DNA from: Mobula hypostoma
Lineage: Eukaryota
Assembly: GCF_963921235.1 (NCBI RefSeq)
Contig: NC_086097.1
Location: 128,528,001-128,592,000, forward strand
Direction: 5' to 3'
DNA: 64,000 nt
The translations under genes were made by a program, and so were the position numbers. The notes beneath the pieces were generated by a model. That model saw nothing but the letters and a program-made list of their open reading frames with translations, was not told the origin of the DNA and did no database searches. Positions 26,018 to 39,900 of the stretch are shown in pieces. The first letter of the stretch is position 1, and each line of letters begins with the position of its first letter.

Positions 26018-26225
26018 TGGGATGGCACGATAGCATAATAGTTACCACAATGCTTTATAGTACAAGCAACCTGGCTTCAATTCCCACTGCCACCTGTAAG
26101 GAGATTGTACAACTCTCTTCCCGTGACCACATGAGTTTCCTCCAGGTGCTCTGGTTTCTTCCCACAGTCCAAAGATACACCAGTTTATTATGAATTGTCC
26201 TGCGATTAGGTTAGCATTAAAGGAT
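26018..26225 (+). mobile_element. tRNA-derived SINE
   Basis: A/B-box-like head and CTCTGGTTTCTTCCCACAGTCCAAAGA core shared with copies at 32505 and 63400. Confidence 0.75.
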
Positions 26226-27289
26226 GCTATCTCCACGCTGTAATGAGTCAAGTCAAACAAATACGGTAATTATGAGTACAATGGAAAATTTGCTTGGAGC
26301 AGCATACTGTAGATAAATCAACAACCCACAGAAGTTACAGTGAAGAAAAGGGACTGTTCAAAACAATCCGTTAGTGGAAACAAATCAGGGACACATCCAT
26401 GGTAGTGCAGGAGCTGGTCTGTATTTCTTACATTGCAGAGGTAGGATTCAGGTTGTGCAGGACATTTCAAAGCCTGATGGTTGTAGGAAAGGATATCATG
26501 GTGTGACACTTCAGCCTTTTGACCTCTTTCCCAAAGCCTCTTCCTCCTTTGTCATGGGCACACTGATTTAGCAATGTAAGTGTTAACATCTGCCAACATA
26601 CTGTATATAAGCCTGTAGCCCGTGTAGGCTGTGAGGCATCTCCTGTCCCTTTAAATCAATCCATGCCTTTTGTGGCATCGCAACGTAGGTTATGCTGGAT
26701 CCCTGCAGGCAACTTCCCTGAAGCCAATGACAGGCCTGCTCTTGGTGGCAGGAATCCCACTGTGAGAATGGGAAATGATCCAGAACCCGTGGAAATGGGT
26801 CAGTGCCGGGCTGGTGTGAGAGAAATGCTGGCCTTGAAGAGGAGACTACCAGTTATTAGAAGCATCCTTGTAGTTGCTATGTTATTGAGGACAAGGCTTT
26901 TTCATTGCATGGACATTAAAGAAGGAAGTCATTTTAATATCGCTTAAGCTGTTTGGTTCTAAGCCATGTGAGTGCAAAATGAAAATGAATCTGACGGAGT
27001 GAAGTGTAGCTCACTGCCGTTTGAAGCTTATTTCATTCACCGTTCATTCCTGATTCAGTCAGGTCACATGGACCCAAAGATAAAGCACACAGGGAAAGCG
27101 AGTAGTCAAATAATCACTGGTAATGTGACCCTTGGGTATTGCTACACTCAATAGAAATGCAGACAGTGAAGTATCTCAATTAGTCAAAAGTTGCATTACT
27201 AGCAAATAAAAATTAAAATACTTCATCTCAACTATGTCAAAGTTCAAAGTAAATTTATTATCAAAGTACACATATGTCACAATCTACTA

Positions 27290-28020
27290 GAGGGAGGTGA
27301 TGGTCAGGTGGGGAGAAGAGAGGGGTTAAGAGGGAAGCCAGTATGGGTGATGGAAAAAGAGAGAAGGGGGAAAGGGAGAAATTACCTGAAGTTAGAGAAA
27401 TCGTCATTCATGCTACAAACAAGAGAAAATCTGCAGATACTGGAAATCCGAGCAACACACACAAGATGATGGAGGAACTCAGCAGACCAGGCAGCATCTA
27501 TTGAAAAAAGTACAGTTGAAGTTTTATCATGCTGTCAGGTTGGAGGCTACCCAGGTGGAATATGAGGTATCGCTCCTCCAACCTGAGTGTGATATCATCT
27601 TGGCATTAGAGGTGACCATGGACCAACATGCTGGAATGGGAATGGGAAGCAAAACTAAAATGGGTGACCACTGGGAAAGCCTGCCTTTCATGGTGGATGG
27701 AACGAATGTGCTCTATATGGTCCCCCAATCTAAGTCGGGTCTCACTGTGTAATGGAAGCTGCACCATAAGCACTGGATATAGTAAATTACCCTAACAGGC
27801 TCACAGGTAAACTGTTGTCTCATCTGGAGGGATTGCTTGGGGCCTGAATGGTAGTGAGAGAAGAGGTGTAGGGACAGGTGTAGTTCTTGTCCTGCTTGCA
27901 GGGGTAAGGGCTGGGACAGAGATCAGTGGGGATGGATGACTGGACATGGAGGTCAGGTAGAGAATGGCCCCTGTGGAAAACAGAGAGTGGTGGGAGGGAA
28001 AATGTTGTTGGTGGTAGGTT
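27290..28020 (-). mobile_element. Older PLE GIY-YIG/pseudo-LTR fragment with a nested PLE terminus at ~27416-27520
   Basis: Diverged reverse complement of the 134-660 region. Confidence 0.75.
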
Positions 28021-28299
28021 AGCATTTCCTTCTTGCCTGCAAATTTATTGCACAGATGAAGGCCATTTAGTCCACGAGGTCCACTTCATAGAAGAATCTC
28101 ACCAGTTCCCTTTTCCCTCTCCCAATTGCCATCTATCCTTGCAACTCACTGTCTCTCACATGCCCATCAAAAACTCCGACTTTTTTTCACTTACCCACAC
28201 TAAGCTTAAGATGAGATATCATCCTATTTCATCAGAGGTAGGACAATCCACAATATCCTCACATTAATCAAGAATTGCCTGACCTAGTGAGTATTCATC

Positions 28300-30270
28300 C
28301 CCAGCCCTTGAACTTCCCCACCCACCTAGCTTCACCTATTACCTTCCAGTTAGCCTCGTTCCCCTACTCCCTCCTTTTAATTCAGGCATCTCCCCACCCG
28401 CTTCCCTCTCAGACCGGAAGAAGGGTCTCAGCCCAAAATGCCGACCGTTTACTCATTTCCATAGATGTTGCCTGACCTGTTGAGTTCCTCCAGCATTTTG
28501 TGTGTGTTGCTTTGGATTTTCTGCATCTGCAGATTCTCTCGTGTTTTCAATTCCATCCCCTCGTTTGCCTCATTTTCACCATGGATGTCCACTCTCTATA
28601 CACTTCTATCCCCCATCAAGAAGGCCTTAAACCTTTAAACTTCTTTCTCAACAGCAAACCTGACCAATTCCCTTCCACCACCATCCTCCTTTGTCTGGTG
28701 GAACTGGTCCTCACTTCCAGTCCCTCTCACTTCCTTCAGACTCAAAGTGTAGCCACAGGCATCCACATGGGCCCCAGCTATTCCTGCTTTATCACTGGCC
28801 ACCTGGAACAGTACATGTTCCAAACCTTCCCTGGTAATGCTCCCCAACTCTTTCTGTGCTACATTGATGACTGCATTTGTGCTGCTTCCTGCACCCATGC
28901 TGAGCTAGTTAATTTCATCAACTTTGCCTCCAACTTTCACCCTACCCTTAATTACACTTGGTCCATTTCTAACACTTCTCTCCTCTGTCTCGATCTCTCT
29001 GACTCCATCTTTGGAGTCAAAATGTCTACCAGTATCTTTTATAAACCTACCGATTCTCGAGGCTATCTTGACTATACCTCTTTCCGCCCTTTCTTCTGTA
29101 AAAATTCCATTCCCTTTTCTCATTTCCTTTGTCTCTACCCTGTCTGATCCCAGCATGAGTCTTTCCTTTCCAGGACATCCAAGAATGGGGTTTCTAATCC
29201 TCCACCATTAATGCAGCCCTCACCCACAACTCTTCCATTTCCTGGACGTCCACACTCATCCCATCTTCCCGCCTCTTTAATCAGGATAGAGTTTCTTTTG
29301 TCCTCACCTACCACCCATGAGCCTCCACATCCAATGCATCATTCTCTGCAGCTCCTGCCATTTTCAATGGGACCCTACCACCAAACACATCTTTACCTCC
29401 ATCCGCCTGCCCACTCACCATTTTCCACAGGGATCAGTTCCTCTGTGATTCCCTCGCCCATTCCTCCTTCACCACCAATCTCCCTTCTGGCACCTATCAC
29501 TGCAAGCAGCAAAACTGCTATACCTGCTCATTCATCTCCTCCCTCACCTCCATTCAGGGCCCCAACGAGTCCTTCCAAGTGAGGCAACACTTCACCTGCA
29601 AATCTGTTGGGGTCATTGATTGCATCCAGTGCTCTCAATGTGGCCTCCTCTGCATGGGTGAGACCTGATGTAGATTGAGAGACTGCTTTGTCAAGCACCT
29701 CCGCTCCATCCGCAAAAGAAGCAGGATTTCCTGTTGGCCAACCATTTTCATTCCCTATCCACCCCCTGTTCTGACGTGTCAGTCTGTGGCCTCCTCTTCT
29801 GCCATGATGCAGCCACTGTCAGGTTGAAGGAAGAACACCTCATGTTCTGTCTAGGTGATGACATGAACATCAACTTCTCCAACTTCCGATCATTTCTTTC
29901 CCTCTTCTTCAATTCCCCATTTTAGCTTCTTCTGCCTATCATCTGCCCCTCCTCCTCCTTCCCCTTCTTCCATGGTCCACTGTCCTGTCCTGTCAGATTC
30001 CTTCTTTTCCAGCCCTTTACCTTTTCCACGTGTCACTGCCCAGCTTCTTAATTCTCCACCTTCTCCCCACTTCACCTCTCACCTTCTAGCTTGTGCTCCC
30101 TCCCCTCCCCACAGTTCCTTATTCTTTCCTTTCCAGTCCTGATGAAGGGTCACGGTGTGAAATGTCGATTATTTACTCTTTTCCATAGATGCTGCCTGAC
30201 CTCATGAGTTCCTTCAGCACCATGCATGCATTGCTTTGGATTTCCAGCACCTGCTGATCTTCTCATGTTT
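28300..30270 (+). mobile_element. Older PLE: pseudo-LTR end, truncated RT-EN, pseudo-LTR
   Basis: MDVHSLYTSIP, HMGPSY, CYIDDC in ORF 28500-29147; decayed hammerheads at 28411-28446 and 30135-30170. Confidence 0.88.
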
Positions 30271-31650
30271 GGGATTCCTCCCTTTTTATATTTTTGATTT
30301 ATTCTTGTAGCTACAGTATTTATAGGGTTGGTCCTGTTAAGGTTCTTTTGTTTAAGCTTCTTCAAATGAAAGGAACATAATTTACTGTAATAATAGCTCA
30401 TAGGAGAGATGAAATTACACACTTTAAACATCTGGGGACCTTTCAATGTTTCAGATTTTATTGTTACAAATACCTAAATCTGGATTTTTATGAATGTACT
30501 TATGTAACATCTCACCTGAAGTTTCAATTTTGTTCTTTTGCTAGATTATTTTAATCGTGTCATTGCCATTTTAAATATGCCTGCGCGTTGGACAATATTT
30601 TAAATGAGTTATGACCTACGGTTTTAAACGAGGTAAGAAAGAGTTGCAAAGACTAATTTGAATTCTTAACACCATGCCCTTAACCGAGCGAGCAAATGCA
30701 GAGCAGTATTAGTGAAAGATTATGGAAGGAATAGACCCTACTGTAGGTTATTTATTTATTATTTATTTGTTTATTTATTCAGGTACAGCGTGGAGTAGGC
30801 CCCTCTGACCCTTCAAGCCAAGCTGCCCAGCAATCCTCCAATCTAATCCTAGTATAGTGACGGGACAATTTACAACGGCCAATTAACCTATCAACTGGTA
30901 CGTCTTTGGGTCACTGGGAGGATATACAACGCCTTACAGACAGTGGTGGGATATTTTTCCTTTGCACAATAATGCAGTAATTTATGCCACAAGAATGCTT
31001 TCCACACTGAAGCTATTTTGAGTTCTTCTCTTAAACTCTGAAGAATTATAATCACTCTTTAAGTTGCTCTGATTAGTGCCTGGGCAAATTTAAAGGTTCA
31101 CTTCAGATCATGTTCCAGTCTGTTGAGCTTTCTACGGCCATCCTGAATATAAAAAAAATCCCTTGAAGAGCCATTTCTGAGCTACAGACCATGACACAAT
31201 CTTATTATGCACTGTGAAAATGACACTGCTTGGAGACATGCCGTGTTTCTTTGTGTGCCTTTTTTGACTGCTCTGTTGCGAGCAAATATAAGTCAGGCAC
31301 TTCAGGACTGGAGGGCAAGAGGTGACATGATGAGCAGATCATTTCCCTTCGCGCTGCCAGCTCTGTGTCACCGTCACCACACCACTTGTTTCACTCTGCC
31401 GCATCATTCGTAACTTCCAGCAGATTTGCCAGATACAGAACTTCGAGCTGACTGTTTCATTGAGGCAAGGCGGCGACTTTGCAGATTTTCAGTGGAGCTG
31501 CCTCCCTCCCCCGAGCCTGTCAATGGGAAGTGACAGGAGCCTTGCAGTGAACAGCTGACATACTGGCGGTTTGCAAGGTGACACCCCGCGTAGAGCTAAA
31601 TGTAAATGTCCTGTGCATTGCAGCAAAGTCTCTCTGAAGTCTGTGACAGA

Positions 31651-31668
31651 TGTCAGTAGGTGGCGCTT
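31651..31668 (+). promoter_or_regulatory. Candidate CTCF-binding motif
   Basis: TGTCAGTAGGTGGCGCT closely matches the CCASYAGRKGGCRS consensus, in unique CpG-retaining DNA. Confidence 0.5.
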
Positions 31669-32256
31669 TAGTACAGCACCAAGGCACTCCTGCAATGGGT
31701 ACAGATATTACCAAGCGACATTGTTTCAGTATTCAGATTAATGGGGAGAACTTAATTGCAGTTCTCGCTGGCTGTAAATGATTCCATTTTGCAAAGAGTA
31801 TATTTTTAAACTATATATTTCCTTTAGTTCTCCCACCCCACCCAAATTCATATACTTTATTAAATGGACTTAAACCTTTTTTTTGCTTGAAACGCTTCTT
31901 CAACCCTCCTCACGTCCTGTAGCTTCAACTATTCATTTTCCTCCATAGATGCTGCCTGACCTGCTGAGCTCCTCCACCATTTTGCATGTGTTGATCTAGA
32001 TTTCTAGCATCTGCAGTCTCTCTTGTGTCTGTTTATTAAATATCTTTGAAGTTCTTAATGTCCTACTAAAATTCCCGAAGGGGTCAGCAAAATAAAACTC
32101 CAATCTTTGAAAAAAATTTCTCTGCGCCATTCTCAGTCCTTCCAATCGGTTGTGGCATGGTCCATGTTTTCCCCTTCTGTCTTTGCCTAACTTTAAAGCA
32201 TACAAAGGTAAAACTCTTCCAAAAAAATAAAAAAGATCTTAGTGCTTTCCCAACGT

Positions 32257-32470
32257 ATATGCCAAAAAAACTCTCCTTGGGCTCTCAGCCAGGTACAGGT
32301 ATCGGTTTTAACCCACGTTTCGATGACAAACTCGGACATCTTCATCAGGTGTGATGCCTGGGTATGTCTAGTCCAGTGGTATATATACCTCCGTTATCCC
32401 CAGCTAACCAGTCAGGCTATTGTTCCACCTAGTACTATCCTCATGCACTGTGCAATGAATTTCCTTAGGT
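32257..32470 (-). mobile_element. Fragment of a second PLE family with a different hammerhead-like motif (32312-32351)
   Basis: Minus strand CTGATGA-AGATG-TCCGAGTTTGT-CATC-GAAACGT-G. Confidence 0.55.
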
Positions 32471-32504
32471 GAATAATAACCCAATTTCGATTTAAATAAT
32501 TGTA

Positions 32505-33008
32505 ATGGTAGCGTAATGGCTAGCGCGATGCTATAATAGCTCATGGCATTGGAGTTCGGAGTTCAATTCCAATGTCCTCTGTAAACATGTCTGTGCATTC
32601 CTTCCCAAGCATGCGTAGGGTTCCTCCTGGTGCTTTGGTTTCCTCCCACAGTCCAAAGACATAGTAGGTTAACTGGTCATTGTAAATTGTCCCATGATTA
32701 GGCTAGGGTTCTGTCTCTTTCACCAATCACCTTTCTAGCTCTCTGCTTCATCCCTCCCCCTCCAAGTTTCACCTATCATCTTGTGTTTCTCTCTCCCCTC
32801 TCCCTACCTTTTAAATCTACTCCTCAGGTTTTTTCTTCAGTCCTGCTGATGGGTTCCGGCCCGTAACATCGACTGTGCTTTTTTTCTCTAGATGCTGCCT
32901 GGCCTGCTGAGTTCCTTGTTTTTAAATCGGTGGGTTGCTGGGTGGCACAGCTCAAAAGGTTAAAAGGACCTGTTCCATGTTGTACCCCTAAATAAAATAA
33001 ATAAATAA
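32505..33008 (+). mobile_element. tRNA-derived SINE interrupted by a PLE pseudo-LTR fragment (~32711-32918, decayed hammerhead 32839-32874)
   Basis: GAGTTCAATTCC B-box; SINE body resumes at TAAATCGG; (AAAT)n tail. Confidence 0.8.
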
Positions 33009-33014
33009 ACCAAT

Positions 33015-34108
33015 TCCAAATACACTACTATCAAATTACAGGAGGTAAGGATTCAGGGTAAGGTGTGCAAATGGTTGCAGAATTGGCACAAGAACAGAAA
33101 ACAATGAATTATGGTGAGAGAGTCATTTTCACCCCTAGAAGATTTTGAATGCGGGGCTCTACAGGGATCAGTTTTGGGGCCACTACTGTTTTTAATTTAC
33201 ATTAATGATTTGGATAAGCACGTAGTAAATTAACCTGTAACATTTGCCGATGACACAAATTAGGCAGATGGGCTGATAACATTCAAGCAGCAGAATCAAT
33301 ACAGTTAGATCTAAACAAAATCCAGATGTGGGCAGGTGAGATTTAATGTAAGTAAATGTGACGTATTACATATAGGAAGTAGAAATATTAGATATAAATG
33401 TACAATGAGAGGTCTTGGGTTAGAAAGTGCGCTGTATGAGAAGGATATGGGCATCCTAGTAGACTCATCACTATCAACGTCTAGATAATGCATAGAAGCG
33501 ATTAGGAAGGTTAATAGAATGTTAGGCTATATAATGCACTCAGTGGAGTTCAAGTCTAGAGATGTTCCCCTTAAACTGTATAATGCCCTCGGCCCCACCT
33601 TGGGTACTGTGTACAATTTTGGTCTCCATATTGTGTGAGGGATGTGAAGGCATCGGAGAGAGATCAGAAAAGGGTGACTAGACTCATTCCAGGTCTGCAG
33701 GGTATGAACTATGAAGAAAGATTGAAATATTTAAATATTTTTAGCCTAAGTAGACATAGAATGAGAGAAGACATGATAGAAGTGTTCAAAATAATGAAGG
33801 GTATAAGTAAGGTGGATGCCAGCTGCTACTTAAAAATTAATCCATCATCAAGAACACAGGGCCATAGGTGGAGACTGGTTAAAGAGAGATTTCAGACTAA
33901 CATCAGGAAGAATTTCTTTACATCAACAAGTTGTGAACAGATGGAATAAACTACCTAGTTGTGTAGTTGAGAGTAGTTCCTTAGAGACATTCAAATCTAA
34001 GCTCAATAGTTACTTCAACACACTATGTGATTAGGAATTTGGAAAGCTTTTTTGGGCCAAATGGCCTGTTCTTGTCAAAAGCTTCCTAACGTTCTAATGC
34101 TCTAATGA
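33015..34108 (+). mobile_element. CR1 RT C-terminus and 3' end
   Basis: TTTGCCGATGACACA (FADDT); RMREDMIEVFKIMKG; (TTCTAAYG)n tail. Confidence 0.88.
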
Positions 34109-34669
34109 AATAAGCGCTCAAGAAATGGTCAGTCTGAAAATTCAGGTAGGAACACAGTTAGGGAAGAATTCATAAAACAAAAGGCAATCCAATAAGAAAT
34201 TGGGACACTGTGAAGAAAGAGTGATTTGTGAAAGAAAGATTTCAATATGACTGGGACCATAAAATGGAAGTGTACAAGGAATGTAACAATTTGGAAGGAT
34301 AATATGCCCAGCATAAAGTTATTAATTAACAGAACTCTATCCAACTTGTTTAAGATCTTCTTTCATCTTCCTCGTCCGGTGTTAATCATTGTAGTTTCAT
34401 TAGGTTCTGATTTTCACTGAATGCGGAGCACTGATTTATGTTCTTTACAGGTGCTCCACCACTCTTCTCAGAGTCTAGAACATCCCAGTAGCCACTTGCA
34501 TTTGACATAGAGAAACATCTAAATGTGTCCACAGTGTACACAATCCCGTGAATCATTTTGAATCTTTCAAATCGCATAGCATTTTTACCTTGTCAGAGCA
34601 TAAAATAAAAAATTACTTTGTTACTTCCTCTGTGATACTGAAGGAGAGCAACGCTGTCCTAACAACCTA

Positions 34670-36030
34670 ACAAAAAAAGAAAGAAGCAAGATGAGGCCTT
34701 TCAACCCCTCATGGCTGATCTGGTATTCAATAACCAATTGCTAATCTGTTACTTCACTGCTTTGTCCCTACACCATCGCCAAATCTTTTGATCCTTTTAG
34801 TATCCAAAAATCTGTAACTTTCTTTTTGAGTTCCAAAGGCTCACCACTTTCTAGCTGAAGAAATTTCTCTCAACTTTCAGCCTGAATTTAACCCTTTATT
34901 TTGAAACTGTGACTCCTGATTCCGGGTACCCAGGTTGTAGAAACATTATCCCTGCCTCTACTCTGTCAAGTCCTTTGACAATTCCGTGTATTTCAATTGC
35001 ATCGCCTCTCGTACTTCTAAACTCAGTGTAGGCCCTTTGTTCTTAATCACAAGTCATACTACAAACCCACAAACCAAAAGTTAATTTGAAGGGCCTTTGT
35101 TGCACTCTTACTACTCTTACTATTGTAAGTACATCTCTTCTTTAATAGGAAAACCACAATATTCCTCATGTGTTCTCTTCACAGCCCAATCTAATTGCAG
35201 CAGGACAACTCCACACATATAATTAAATCCACTTACCAATAAAAAACCAACATATTGTTTGTCTTCCTAACTATTTCTGTACCTGCTGGCCTAGAAAATT
35301 GCTGGTGCCTCAGAAAGGATGTCAAATTAGTGGCTAAATAACGTTTCTGTGAATCCCTGTCTCTGCAAAATCCAACAGCATTGGAGGTCCAGTGTGTTGT
35401 GGATTTGCCTTGCTGACTTCCAAGTGCAAAAATTAAGCAGCTAGGTTTTGGTGAGTGCATTTCCTATTACAAAGACGATACTTCCAAAGCACCTCATTGA
35501 CTGAAAAGCACTTGAAAGAGACATAAAATATAAAATAGTACAACACAGCACTGGCAATTGGGCCCACAATGTCCGTGCTGAGTATGATGACAAATTCCTG
35601 CCTGCATATGATCCCTATATCATCTATTCTGTGCACATCCACATACCTGCCTCGACCACCTCAAGGCACCTATTACTCCAGGTAAAACTTAGCCTGCACA
35701 TCTCTTTTATAATTTTCCCCCTCCTATCTTAAAGCTATCCCCTCTAGCATTCAACATTTATAGCCTTGGAAAGAGATCATTTCTGTCTTCCTTATCAATG
35801 CCTCTCATCATTTTAGAAACTATTGTCAAGGTACCCTCAGCCTTTGATGGTCCAGAGTAAACAATAAAAATATGTGCACCCTAATATTCTCTTATCCAGG
35901 TAGCATCCTGCTGAATCTCTCCTGAACCTTCTCCAAAGCCTCCGCACCTTTCCTCCAATGGGAATACCAGAACTGTAGACAATACTACAGGTGTGACCTA
36001 ACCAATTGTTTTATATAACTGCAACATGCT
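34670..36030 (-). mobile_element. Two decayed CR1 3' fragments
   Basis: Reverse-strand matches to CR1 ORF2 terminal sequence, e.g. CCAGAACTGTAGACAATACT. Confidence 0.65.
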
Positions 36031-36034
36031 GCAA

Positions 36035-36978
36035 GGATTTGTTCTAGGGCCTCAGTATTTCACAATTTATATAAGCAATGAAGGCAGCACGAATGTGGTG
36101 GCTAAATTGCGATAACACATGGATCGATAAGAGAGTAGGTTGTGAAAGGTCCAAGAAGCTAAATGAGCTCTGTAAAGGAGCATAATATGGGAAAATGTAA
36201 AGTTGTGCATTTTAGCAGGAAAAGTTAAAGATAAAGAGACATATTTTGCTTGAATGCTGGGCGATAGCAGAAGTCTTGAGGTGCCAAGGAATTCAGATGT
36301 TCTGTTGTATGATTCGGGAGAGGTAAGCATGCAGGTATAGCATAGCCTTAATAAAGTTATTACACGTTATTGCTTATTGTTACAGGAGCTGAAATCTAAA
36401 GTAAGGAGTTTAAGCTTCAGTTTTATAAGCTGTTGTTGAAAGCACATGTGGAGTACTGTGTACAGTAGTAGCCTCCTTATTTAAGGAAGGGTGTTTAACT
36501 GAGGGAAGCAATTCAGAGAAGGTTTATTCGATGAATCACAAATATGAGGAAGTTTGCAGATGTTGATCAATACCTGGAATGGGCAGTTGCCTAATGTTAA
36601 ACAGACCAGGTATATTTCTGCAGGAGTTTGCAATAAGGAATCTCATTTGAGCAAAGATGGGGAGGATGTTTCCTGATCTGCACTGCGGGATAATTGTTTA
36701 CTAATAAGTGCATGTCCACCTGGGACAGAAATAAGATACTTCTTTTTCTCATCCAAGAGGATTGCTAGTCTTTGGAACTCTCTTCTTCAAAATGAGATGG
36801 AAACAGGGTCCCGGGACATAACTGAAGTAGAAGTAGATAGATCCTTGAAAAGTTACAGAGGATGGACAGGAATGTGGAGTCAGAGTTACAGTCAGATCAA
36901 CTACAATCTGATTAAGTGGGAAAGTAAGCTTGAAGTGCTGAGTAGTTTACATATGCTCCTAATCTGCACGTTCATTTG
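36035..36978 (+). mobile_element. Decayed CR1 RT to 3' end
   Basis: CTGCAAGGATTTGTTCTAGGGCCTC, GGAGTACTGTGTACAG and TGGAACTCTCT landmarks. Confidence 0.7.
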
Positions 36979-39900
36979 AAAAAGGCACCATATGAATTCA
37001 AGTCATTCCCCCTTTTTATATATAAAATACACAAAAGATGTAGTATTGTGAAAGCTAACTGGGAGTTTTAAAGAATGTTAATATGGCTCTTATTTTAGAC
37101 TATTCGTGGATTAGTCTGATTGCATTTTGAGTCTTTTCAATTAACATTTGATTTAATTCAATAAACATAAGGTGATAGTTTCAAGCTAGCAATCAGATGA
37201 AAGCAATACAGTGGGTTGTACCACAATAATGGTAAAAGGAAATTCATCTGGGGATGTAGGATGTTGTGAATAGCTCTCCCCTTCTTAAATAGGACTAATT
37301 CTATCTTTGCATGGTGTGACTAAAACATAGGAAAACAGTGCAGTCAGAAAGTGAATCGGAAGGAGTTTGTCTAACCCTCAACTCATTTACAGCTTCTTGC
37401 TGCTAGTAATGTGTGAAACAGGCCAGATTAACAGCCCAGAATTAATAGAGTTTGTGTTTATTAAGCACTGCCGGATTGCTTATGCCTCAATGAATCTTTT
37501 TGAAGTGCTAGATAAGCTTTCCCTTCTAAGTCCTTCTTTTATGGTCATGCCAAATCTGCCCTTTACTGTTATGCCCTAAGAGCAGGGGGTCGTGGGCCAC
37601 AGAGTTCCCCACACCTGTCATCACTCTGAGAGTAACAGGCTGGAGGTACGTTTGCATGGGATACAACTACTCCTACTCATGAAATGGAAAGAAGTGCACT
37701 GTGATTTCCTTATAATTTTATCCTGCAGGCTCATGAATGGAATAAAACAGAAGAGAGCTGCTTATATTGTTAAATATGATTTTGCACCTTTTGATTTCAA
37801 TAAAGTGTACTCATTCACTTAATCTTCCTCGATGCCAAGCTTGATAGTGATGTGTACCATCTGGTGGCTGACGAATGAAAAGATTATGAAAATAAACAAG
37901 AGGATGATTCCTGCAATTTGTCACTTTCAGAATCTTGGCTGCTTTCTTTCTAGCTGTTTGGGAGTGGAGGGCCTTTGAGGGCTGGACGCGACACAACAGC
38001 TACAAAGGTGGCCTTTTACAAACCGCTCCCAGCATCTGGTCGGGGAAGGCATTTGGGGATGGACACCTGCTGTGTTTCTAAAGCGTCCGTGGTCCTGCCC
38101 CTCCCCATTCCGAGTTGTGCTGAATGCCAGTACCAGGCCGAAAGAAAAACACCATCTGATCTGCATCTATCGTAATGAAAGTCCAGCAAGGAGCTAAGCT
38201 AGAAGCCACCTCCACAATGTGACTGACTAATGGTCCCTCTTGCTCACTGCTGCTGTCAGTTTTAGGATAGCATATGGTACTCACCCACTTTTTGTTTCCT
38301 ATTCAGTAATTTAGCTAATGTCCTTTCACACTTATAATTACATTTTCTCTGTTAATAAGATAACAATCAGACTCGGAAAGAGGAACCTTTAATGGCCTTA
38401 GTAACTTGTGTCACCTCCTGTCACATTACATGTTTTCTTACAGTTAACTAAACCAAACAATTACAATCTGCAATTATACCATATAAACATTTGTTTCCTG
38501 TGTCCCTTGCAATAATTTAATGTTTTTTTTGGCCAGTGTGGGGTCAATGTTTTTATTGGCGACATTGTTTTTGCAGTGGTGACTGTAACATAGCATTAAT
38601 TTCTTTCTCCCTCTCTGATGTTTCAGGTCTCTTGCCAGAAGTCTGAGTGCATTTTTATAGATGCTGTCAGTATGTACTTTTTCCATTTCCCCCTCCCACA
38701 CCCCTCCTTATCTCTTTACATCCACCCCAAAGCTCCATCACATCACTGGCTTAGAAGGGGAAAAAAGAACAAAGGAAGATGGAAAGACGAACCAAGAAAA
38801 GAATCAATTAAAGGGATAAACTGAACATGCGGGAGACAGAAATATCCACAAGAAAGAGATTAAAGGCAGAGAATTTGGGTCAAAAAGCAAACACAATTAA
38901 GAACAAAGGGGAAATAAAATGGAATTAAGTATAACAGAGACAGACCACTTTTACTGAGGTCCTGCACTTTCAGAGAAAGCATTTGTTTTAATCCTTTGCT
39001 TTATTGCAGGGAGTACGATCCATGTAACATTAATGCCAACATTTCGGCAAATTGTTTGTCACCAGATAACTGGGAACACAAGACTTTCAGTAGAGCCTTT
39101 TCGTGAAAAAGGATGGTTCGGTGTAGGCCAATTCCAACACACTGCGATAACATGGCCAGTTTATACACAGTCATGGACCAGAACAAGATGTCAGCCTAGA
39201 TGGATATCAAAGATCCCATGATATTATATTGGGAAAGACCATGGATGCCTTGCCTGAAGGCCTGGGCAATATTTACCTCCCAACCTATGAAAACAAATAT
39301 GCTGTTTACAATGTTGTGATCCTGATTCGTTCTATATTAGGGAAAAGTTGCCAAACTATTTGATTGGAAGTAATAGAAATCCCTGTCATTAATCTTCCAC
39401 TTGACTCTGAAGCTGCTGTTCTTATATTCCCAAACTGGTCTGATAAAGGTCAATGCAAGCCTCAGAAACTATGCCTCATTTCATACTTGGGTGCTCTAGG
39501 TAATAGCTTGGTTGTTGCTTTACCCAGCCCAGTATTTCACTAATTTCTTTTGCTTTCCACCTCATTGCAGCAAAGGGTCGTACAGCACAAAGCAGGCCTT
39601 TCATCCATCCTCTTCATGGCAAATATCAAGTACTAATCCTACTTAGTCTGTGGCCTTCAATGCCTTTTGTTCGCCCTCTCTGCCCCTTAAAACCTGTTTC
39701 AGCTCTAATGCTTTTGCAGTTCTGACAGGAGGCCATTGACCAGACACACTAACTCTGCATCTGTGTCCATGGACGCTGCTCAACTTGCTGAATATTTCCA
39801 ACATCATCTGATTTCAGTCCAAGCTATCACAAATGTTTTGGGTGGATTGTGTAGCCCAATGTAAAAATAAAGGAGCAAAAGAGCCTATAAAGGCAATTCA

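Noticed and set aside
26018..26095. tRNA gene (also at 32505, 44420 and 63400)
   Set aside because: A/B boxes run into SINE bodies; no convincing cloverleaf.
27290..30270. Possible second large inverted PLE composite
   Set aside because: About 280 bp of unrelated DNA separates the pieces and I found no TSD.
34330..34600. Minus-strand exon candidate
   Set aside because: Weak acceptor and unrecognisable peptide.
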